In this document: positions 57,667 through 64,000 of the stretch, piece by piece
Position numbering within the stretch: position 1 is the first letter of the stretch
Layout: each line of letters opens with the position of its first letter
Source of the DNA: Candidatus Latescibacterota bacterium
GTDB taxonomy: Bacteria; Latescibacterota; UBA2968; GCA-2709665
Length of the DNA stretch: 64,000 nucleotides
Direction of reading: 5' to 3'
Assembly (NCBI GenBank): GCA_965222075.1
Contig: OZ244937.1
Span: 3,456,001 to 3,520,000, forward strand
Position numbers and translations under genes: made by a program
The notes under the pieces: generated by a model
What the model was told of the DNA's origin: nothing
Seen by the model: the letters and a program-made list of their open reading frames with translations, nothing else
The model's database searches: none

Positions 57667-58041
57667 TTGATAGTGCTCAAATTTCGGCAGAAAGTCAAAC
57701 AGGTAACCGGAAAAGTCCGACGTTTTGTACTGGTCCACTTTCAGAAGAACTACGTAGACCGGCAGATGGTGCTCCGGCAGGGAGAGTGCAACCGATGCGG
57801 GAACTGCTGTGAAATTCTTTTTCGCTGTCCATTTCTCATTAAAGAAGACGGGATCTCCATGTGCAGCATTTACGAAGACCGACCCGGCCAGTGTGCGGCG
57901 TTTCCCATCGACGAGAAATGCCTGGCAGATGTCGACTTCGACTGCAGTTATACCTTCGGCGTCCCCGCTGTGCATCCCCAACAGCCCACTCTCTTTCAAA
58001 TCGCTTCTCCCGTTTCAAACCGCCGGGTCGCAAACCCCTAA
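57667..58041 (+). CDS. Small Cys-cluster protein (CxxCxxCC, YkgJ-like)
   Basis: GECNRCGNCC..CPFL..CSIYEDRPGQCAAFP. Confidence 0.72.
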   Translation: MIVLKFRQKVKQVTGKVRRFVLVHFQKNYVDRQMVLRQGECNRCGNCCEILFRCPFLIKEDGISMCSIYEDRPGQCAAFPIDEKCLADVDFDCSYTFGVPAVHPQQPTLFQIASPVSNRRVANP

Positions 58042-58060
58042 CTGGAACGGATCGGATAGA

Positions 58061-58774
58061 ATGGGAAGAACTTTGAAGTCAATTCACAGGCCAAACAGGT
58101 TACTGTCCACTCCTGCGCTGTGTCTGATCCTCTATCTGGGCCTTGTGGCCGAACCCTCCGCTCAGCTCCGGCAGCCCACCGCGGAATTCACCATTGCCAG
58201 GCTCAAATACGGCGGAGGTGGAGACTGGTACAACGGCCCCACCGAGATTCCGAACCTCCTGGCCTTTATCCGCAAACACACACCGGTTCGGACGGCAAAA
58301 GAAGAGGCCCAGGTCGAAATCATGGACGAAAACCTCTTCGCCTACCCCGTCCTTTATCTCACCGGCCACGGCAACCTCCGCTTCACCGAAGAGGAGGTCC
58401 GCCGGCTCCGAACCTATCTGGAACACGGAGGCTTTCTCTTCGCCAACGACGACTACGGCCTCGACCGCGCCTTCCGCAGGGAAATCGAACGGGTCTTCCC
58501 CGACAAGCAACTTGTAGAGCTTCCCCCCTCTTTCGGCATCTTTCAGACCCCCTTCAAGTTTCCGAACGGCCTGCCCAAAATTCACGAACACGACGGGGGC
58601 CCGCCGCAGACCTTGGGCATCTTTCACGAGGGACGGCTTGTGGTCCTCTACAATTTTGAGAGCGACATCGGGGACGGCTGGGACGACCCCGATGTCCACA
58701 ACGACCCCCCGGAGAAACGGGAAGCCGCCCTCAAGATGGGCGCCAACATCATCGTCTGGGCCCTAACGCATTAA
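58061..58774 (+). CDS. DUF4159-domain protein
   Basis: IARLKYGGGGDWY, YLTGHG, GGFLFAND, PKIHEHD, DIGDGW. Confidence 0.88.
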   Translation: MGRTLKSIHRPNRLLSTPALCLILYLGLVAEPSAQLRQPTAEFTIARLKYGGGGDWYNGPTEIPNLLAFIRKHTPVRTAKEEAQVEIMDENLFAYPVLYLTGHGNLRFTEEEVRRLRTYLEHGGFLFANDDYGLDRAFRREIERVFPDKQLVELPPSFGIFQTPFKFPNGLPKIHEHDGGPPQTLGIFHEGRLVVLYNFESDIGDGWDDPDVHNDPPEKREAALKMGANIIVWALTH

Positions 58775-58789
58775 GCAGGGGCGATCCTT

Positions 58790-61700
58790 GTGACCGTCCC
58801 TGTTACCACAACGTATTCAACCATGTCCAGCACCTCCGCCCATACCGCCTACCAGGACCTCCTGCAACGGCTCCGAAGGCTCCGGCGAAAGCATACCGCC
58901 GCCCGCTGCCTCACCGGCCTTTGCCTTACACTTGCCTGTGGCCTGGGCACCGGGCTGGTCCTGCTCCTCTTCGAAGCGGGGATCTACCTTTCGCCCACGG
59001 CCAAGCTCCTCCTCGAAGCGGTAGCAAGCCTCGGCCTGATCGGCCTTCTTGCCCGCTTCTGTCTCTATCCCCTCCTGGCCCCCCCGCCCCTGGAGGAGGT
59101 GGCCCTTTGTGTGGAACGCCACTTCGGCGGGCTAAAGCAGCGCCTCATCAGCGCCCTCCAACTCTGGAGGGACAGAGAAAGGGACAACCAGGGCGCCTCC
59201 CCCCACCTGATAGCCGCCGCCGTTGTGCAGGCCACACAAATTGCTGCCGACCTCGATCTCGATGCCACAGTCGACCGCGCCCGTCCCCTCCGCATGGCCG
59301 GCCTCTGCGGAGGGATGGCCCTGTTGGTCCTGGGGTGCTTCGGCCTCTGGACCGGACCCATAAGAGGCGCTGCCAGCCGCCTGGCCCACCCCCAAACGGC
59401 CTACGTCCGGCCGTCCGATACCCGGATTGAACTTCGGCCCGGAAATGCCGAAGTCATTGCGGGGGACCCCTTTGAAATCTACGCCGACCTCTCCGGGGTG
59501 GTCCCCCCGCAGGCCCGGTTGACCGTCCGGGAAGAGGGCGTAGACATCTGGACGCCTCTGGACCTGCCGGTCCGCCAGAACCGCGTGAAACATCGGTTCG
59601 GTACCCTCACCCGCTCATTGGCTTACCGTCTGCAGGCCAACGACGCCGAAACCCCCGCTTATACCCTCACGGTCCGTGCGCGCCCCATGGTCACCCAAAT
59701 CGTACGCCACTATCACTACCCGGACCATACCCGGCTGGGCGAACGCCGTGAAGTGGAAGGGGGAGATATCGTCGCACCCACCGGCACATCTGTCCGCCTC
59801 CAGATCCAGGCCAGTCTGCCTTTGGAGGAAGCCTGGCTGGACTTCGATAACAATACCCGATTGCCGACCCGCATCAACGACCGCACCGCACAGGCCGAAC
59901 TCACCGTCATCGATGACCGACGCTATACCATCGGTCTGCTTGACCCCCATATGATCCCCAACCGGGATCCCGTGGAATACCGGATCGTTGCCCTCCAGGA
60001 CCACCCCCCGGAAGTCCGCCTGCTCCGCCCCGGCGCCGATTCGGAATTGGGAGAAACCATGCAGGTGCCCCTCCTTGCCGAGGCCCACGATGACTTTGGG
60101 GTCTCCCGGATGGAAGTGCGCTACACCATCAACGACGGCGCCCCGGATCAGACCCTTCCGGTTGCCCTCGACACCGTCGGTGCAAAAGACCTGACTCAGG
60201 GCGTCCTCTGGGACCTTTCCGGCCTGGACCTCCTGCCCGGAGACCAGGTTACCTACCGGATGCGTGTCTACGACAACAACACCGTATCCGGACCGACCCA
60301 CGGCGAATCGACCAACTTTACGGTCCGCTTTCCTTCCCTCTTTGAAATCCACCAGGAGGCCCAGCTGGCCCAGCAGAAAGGCCTGGAGCAGATGGAATCG
60401 ATGTGGCAGGCGGGAAAGGAACTTCAGAAACGCCTTGGAAAAGTCGCCCACGAACTCCTCAAAGAAGGCGACCTGGAGTGGCAGGAGCGTAAGGAACTGG
60501 AAACCAGCCTTGAAGAGCAAACCCGGGCCGGCGAGCGCCTAAAACAGATCATGCAAAAGCTCAACGAAACCCTCGACCGGCTCGAAAGCAGTGGCCTGAT
60601 GGCTGCAGAAACCCTTCAGAAACTGGAGGAAATCCGGGAACTCTTCTCCCAAATCGAAACCCCCGAACTCAAACAGGCAATGGAAAAGCTCCAGGAGGCC
60701 CTCAAAGCGGTCGATCCCGATGCCGTTCAGGAGGCCCTCAATGCGTTCCGGGATGAACAGGAGGCGTTCCAGCAGACCCTCGACCGCAGCATTGCCCTCC
60801 TCAAACGGGTGCAGCACCAGCAGAACCTCGATGCTCTGGTCAAAGGGATGGAAGAACTGGCGGCCGAACAGCAAGAAGTCGTAGAGGACCTCCGGAAAGA
60901 GGCGCAACCCCAGACCCTGGCCGAACGGGAAGACCTGTTGGCGCACGATACCCAAAGGCTGCAGGACGAACTGGCCCGGGCCGCAGAGCAGATGCCCGAC
61001 CCCACGGGGGAAGACCTGCACCGGCTGGCCGATGAACTCGGCGAACGCCGGGTGGCCGGCCGCATAGCGCGAGTCGGTCAAATCCTCCGCGCCGGGCAGA
61101 TAGGGCCGGCCCGGCAGCAGGCACAGGCGGTTGCAAAAGACCTCCAGGAACTGACCCGGCAACTCAGACAAACCCGACAGGCCTTCGTACAGAACCAGAA
61201 AACCGGGATTACCCGGGAACTCAACCGGGCCTTGCACGACCTCCTCTCCCTCTCCCGGGATCAGGAACAGACCGCCCGGCAGGCCGAAGGGATCTCTCGC
61301 GATACGGACCCAACGCCTCTGGCCCTGGAACAGGCGCGCATCTTCTCCGGCGCCAATCGGATGGCCCAGCGCCTTTCGGAGGCCTCCCGGAAGACCTTTT
61401 TTATCACACCTCAAACCAGCGGCGCCCTGGGACAGGCCCTTCAGAAAATGGAGGAGGCTGCCAACCACATCCAGCGCGGAAATGCTTCTCGCGCGGCCCG
61501 AAGCGCCAAAGAGGCTATGGGTGGCCTCAACACCGCGGCCCTGTCGGTGCGCCAGGGCCTCACCGACCTTGCCTTCGCCGCTTCGGCACTTGGCTTTGAG
61601 GAAATGCTCCAGCGGATGCAGCAGCTTTCCGGCCAACAGGGCGAGCTCAACGCCCAGACCGAAGCCCTTTTTCAGCAGCAGAGGCCGGGGGAGGGTACAC

Positions 61701-62158
61701 AGATGAGCCTCAATCAGCTGGCCGCCCGGCAGCGGGGCATTGAGCAGGCCCTGGAAGAACTCCTGACCTCCCTGCGCCAGCAGCTGCTCGGCGACCTGAG
61801 ACATGTCGCTTCGGAAATGGAAGAGGTGGCTGAGGACCTCCAGCGGCGGCGGATCACACAGCAGACCCTGAAACGCCAGCGGCGCATCCTCTCCCGCCTG
61901 CTGGATGCCCAGCGCTCGGTGCGCCAGCGCGGATGGAGCAAACAGCGGAAAGCCCGACAGGGCAGAAAGGTCGCCTATCGCGGTCCCGGCTCCCTCCCAC
62001 CCGACCTGGGAGAGGCCGACAACCCCCTCCGGAGGCGGCTCCGTGATGCCCTAAGGGAGGGATACCCCGCTGAGTACCAGGGCCTCATCCGGCGCTATTT
62101 CGAAAGCCTTATGCAGGATGCCCTCGCAAAAGGCCAAAACAACCAGAATCCGAAATAA
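58790..62158 (+). CDS. Large membrane-anchored coiled-coil protein (DUF4175-like)
   Basis: N-terminal TMs, Ig-like region (AHDDFG, VYDNN), Q/E-rich coils, YPAEYQGLIRRYF. Confidence 0.78.
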   Translation: MTVPVTTTYSTMSSTSAHTAYQDLLQRLRRLRRKHTAARCLTGLCLTLACGLGTGLVLLLFEAGIYLSPTAKLLLEAVASLGLIGLLARFCLYPLLAPPPLEEVALCVERHFGGLKQRLISALQLWRDRERDNQGASPHLIAAAVVQATQIAADLDLDATVDRARPLRMAGLCGGMALLVLGCFGLWTGPIRGAASRLAHPQTAYVRPSDTRIELRPGNAEVIAGDPFEIYADLSGVVPPQARLTVREEGVDIWTPLDLPVRQNRVKHRFGTLTRSLAYRLQANDAETPAYTLTVRARPMVTQIVRHYHYPDHTRLGERREVEGGDIVAPTGTSVRLQIQASLPLEEAWLDFDNNTRLPTRINDRTAQAELTVIDDRRYTIGLLDPHMIPNRDPVEYRIVALQDHPPEVRLLRPGADSELGETMQVPLLAEAHDDFGVSRMEVRYTINDGAPDQTLPVALDTVGAKDLTQGVLWDLSGLDLLPGDQVTYRMRVYDNNTVSGPTHGESTNFTVRFPSLFEIHQEAQLAQQKGLEQMESMWQAGKELQKRLGKVAHELLKEGDLEWQERKELETSLEEQTRAGERLKQIMQKLNETLDRLESSGLMAAETLQKLEEIRELFSQIETPELKQAMEKLQEALKAVDPDAVQEALNAFRDEQEAFQQTLDRSIALLKRVQHQQNLDALVKGMEELAAEQQEVVEDLRKEAQPQTLAEREDLLAHDTQRLQDELARAAEQMPDPTGEDLHRLADELGERRVAGRIARVGQILRAGQIGPARQQAQAVAKDLQELTRQLRQTRQAFVQNQKTGITRELNRALHDLLSLSRDQEQTARQAEGISRDTDPTPLALEQARIFSGANRMAQRLSEASRKTFFITPQTSGALGQALQKMEEAANHIQRGNASRAARSAKEAMGGLNTAALSVRQGLTDLAFAASALGFEEMLQRMQQLSGQQGELNAQTEALFQQQRPGEGTQMSLNQLAARQRGIEQALEELLTSLRQQLLGDLRHVASEMEEVAEDLQRRRITQQTLKRQRRILSRLLDAQRSVRQRGWSKQRKARQGRKVAYRGPGSLPPDLGEADNPLRRRLRDALREGYPAEYQGLIRRYFESLMQDALAKGQNNQNPK

Positions 62159-62176
62159 CCATAACTGGTCATACTC

Positions 62177-63988
62177 ATGAGCAAGTATCTTACACTGATC
62201 TTCCTCATCCTGCTCCCTGGCTTCCTCCCTGCCAAAGTCCTGGGCATAAACGACACCCTCAAGCGCGCAGCAGCCCTGGAAGCCAGTGGCGACCTCGACA
62301 ACGCCCTGGGCCTCTACCGTGCCCTCTATGCGCACTATCCCAGACGCGTCGACATCCTCTTCCGCCTGCAGAACCTCCTCTCCCGGATGGGGCAGCACGA
62401 CCAGGTCGTGCCCCTGCTTAGAGCACGCCTCAAAAGGGTCCCCCGGGATATCACCGCCCTCCTCAGGCTGGGCGATGCCCTCTACGCCCTGAGGCGCCAG
62501 GACGAGGCCTTTGAAACCTGGGACCGCATCCCGGAGGGCGCCACCGCTTCGGGGCCTTACAGCCGGGCGGCCAGCCGTTATAAGGCGAACAACCTCTATG
62601 CACGGAGCGCAGCGACCTACCGAAAAGCGCGCGAGGCCCTCGGCCCCCCCCACCTCTTTGCCCGGGAACTGGCAGAACTGGCAGAACGCCAGGCCCAGTA
62701 CCCCGAAGCCGTTTCGGAATACCTCCTCTACCTCCAGGAAAAACCGAAATACCTCCCCCTCATCGCATCCCGTTTCCGGAAATTCGCCCGAGAGGGAGAC
62801 GACCAGGAAAAGATTGTGGACCTCCTCGCAGAGGAAGTTCGAAAACACCCCGATGACAACGTCCGGCTCACCCTCTTGACCGAATACGCCCTCTCGGCCG
62901 GATATGCCGGATACGCCCTGCAGGTCTTAACCGAGCATCTGGGAGAGACTCACCGCCATCGGATCCTCCTTTTCCAAATCGCCTCACATGCCCTGAAGGA
63001 GGGGGACTACACCACCGCAGCGGTGGCCTATCAGACCCTCATCGGCCGTTTTGACAGATCCAAACCTCAGCCCCGGGCCCTGCTCGGACTGGCCCGGGCC
63101 GAGGGTGGACGCGGCCGGCCAGACCAGGCCCGGCGCCTCTACCGGGACCTCATCGACCGCTACCCCAATCGCCTCGAGGCCGACGAGGCCCGATACCGCC
63201 TTGGTCGGCTCCTGCACGAAGCCTATCAGGATTCCGGCAGGGCCTTGCAGACCTTCCAGGCGCTGGTCGAAGCAGACCGCCGCACCCCCTGGCGCTACCG
63301 GGCCCTTTTCGACATCGCAGAGGCCATGCTCCTGTCGGACCGGTTTGCCGAGGCCAAAGCCGCCTGTGTCCTCATTGTCCAGGAACGCCGGGGACATCAG
63401 GAAGCCGACGACGCCCGGCTCCGGATCGCCGAATGCCACTTCCTCGCCGGTGACTTCGACGCGGCCGAGGATCTGCTCGACCGCCTCCTCTCGGGTTCAA
63501 CGGCCCGCTATGCCCTCAACGACGCCCTCGCCCTCTCGGTCCTGATTCAGGACGGACGCCAGGGTGACCCGAATGCCCTCAAAGCCTACGCTGCCGTGTT
63601 GAGACTCAAACGCCAGCAGAAGTCCGAACGCGCGCTGGGTGCCTTTCAGGACTGGCTCAAATCTCACCCCAAATCGGCCCTCTTAGACCGGGCGCTGGCC
63701 CAACAGGTTGAACTCTTAGAGGCGCTCGAACGCTACCCGGAGGCCATCGGGGCCTGCCGTCGGTTGATCTCCGATGTCCCCTGGAGTCCGCTGTGCCCCT
63801 GGGCGCAGATGGCCCTGGCCCGGATCTACGGGGAGCGACTGGGGCAGGTCTACGACGCGCTGAACGCCTACGAAACCCTCCTGATCGAATACCCCCAAAG
63901 CCTGGAGGCCGACACCGCCCGGGATCGCCTGAAAGCCTTGCAGAAAAAGATCGAAGCACGCGAAGCTTCTCAGAAGGAAACCGGCTGA
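62177..63988 (+). CDS. Secreted tetratricopeptide-repeat protein
   Basis: Signal peptide and many TPR-like repeats. Confidence 0.85.
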   Translation: MSKYLTLIFLILLPGFLPAKVLGINDTLKRAAALEASGDLDNALGLYRALYAHYPRRVDILFRLQNLLSRMGQHDQVVPLLRARLKRVPRDITALLRLGDALYALRRQDEAFETWDRIPEGATASGPYSRAASRYKANNLYARSAATYRKAREALGPPHLFARELAELAERQAQYPEAVSEYLLYLQEKPKYLPLIASRFRKFAREGDDQEKIVDLLAEEVRKHPDDNVRLTLLTEYALSAGYAGYALQVLTEHLGETHRHRILLFQIASHALKEGDYTTAAVAYQTLIGRFDRSKPQPRALLGLARAEGGRGRPDQARRLYRDLIDRYPNRLEADEARYRLGRLLHEAYQDSGRALQTFQALVEADRRTPWRYRALFDIAEAMLLSDRFAEAKAACVLIVQERRGHQEADDARLRIAECHFLAGDFDAAEDLLDRLLSGSTARYALNDALALSVLIQDGRQGDPNALKAYAAVLRLKRQQKSERALGAFQDWLKSHPKSALLDRALAQQVELLEALERYPEAIGACRRLISDVPWSPLCPWAQMALARIYGERLGQVYDALNAYETLLIEYPQSLEADTARDRLKALQKKIEAREASQKETG

Positions 63989-64000
63989 AATGAAAATAAA

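Noticed and set aside
38312-62848. Long antisense ORFs (e.g. 38312-39700, 45575-47200, 53610-55490, 60539-61804)
   Set aside because: Shadows of well-supported genes in high-GC DNA with no motifs of their own

Overview
The window has two parts. (1) Positions 1 to about 19.5 kb hold an integron-type gene-cassette array on the minus strand with 12 attC-like sites. It carries two cassettes that each occur twice (ECF sigma-TPR and DUF4160/DUF2442), two cassette genes broken by IS elements (IS1380 family and ISKra4/ISLre2-like), a fossil cassette nested inside another cassette, and a truncated tyrosine-recombinase fragment in the same orientation next to a candidate attI. Two structural features go beyond the textbook attC model. 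Every complete cassette is bracketed by cassette-specific 14-23 bp inverted repeats that extend past the 7-bp R box and carry a conserved G/A mismatch at position 11. A family of 11-50 bp CC...GG micro-palindromes is inserted without target duplication, mostly at A|T, six times into one transposase and apparently into the attC loops. (2) Positions 19.5-64 kb are GC-rich chromosomal DNA: catabolic and transport genes (sialidase-like, DHDPS-like, TAXI-TRAP, AKR, M24), glcB, fabD, two tRNA-Leu, lysA and an lptD-dtd-maf-rodZ-priA-flippase-DUF4159-TPR cluster. Gene content suggests an FCB-group bacterium, possibly Latescibacterota-like (inference only). All family calls come from motif recognition; no database search was run.
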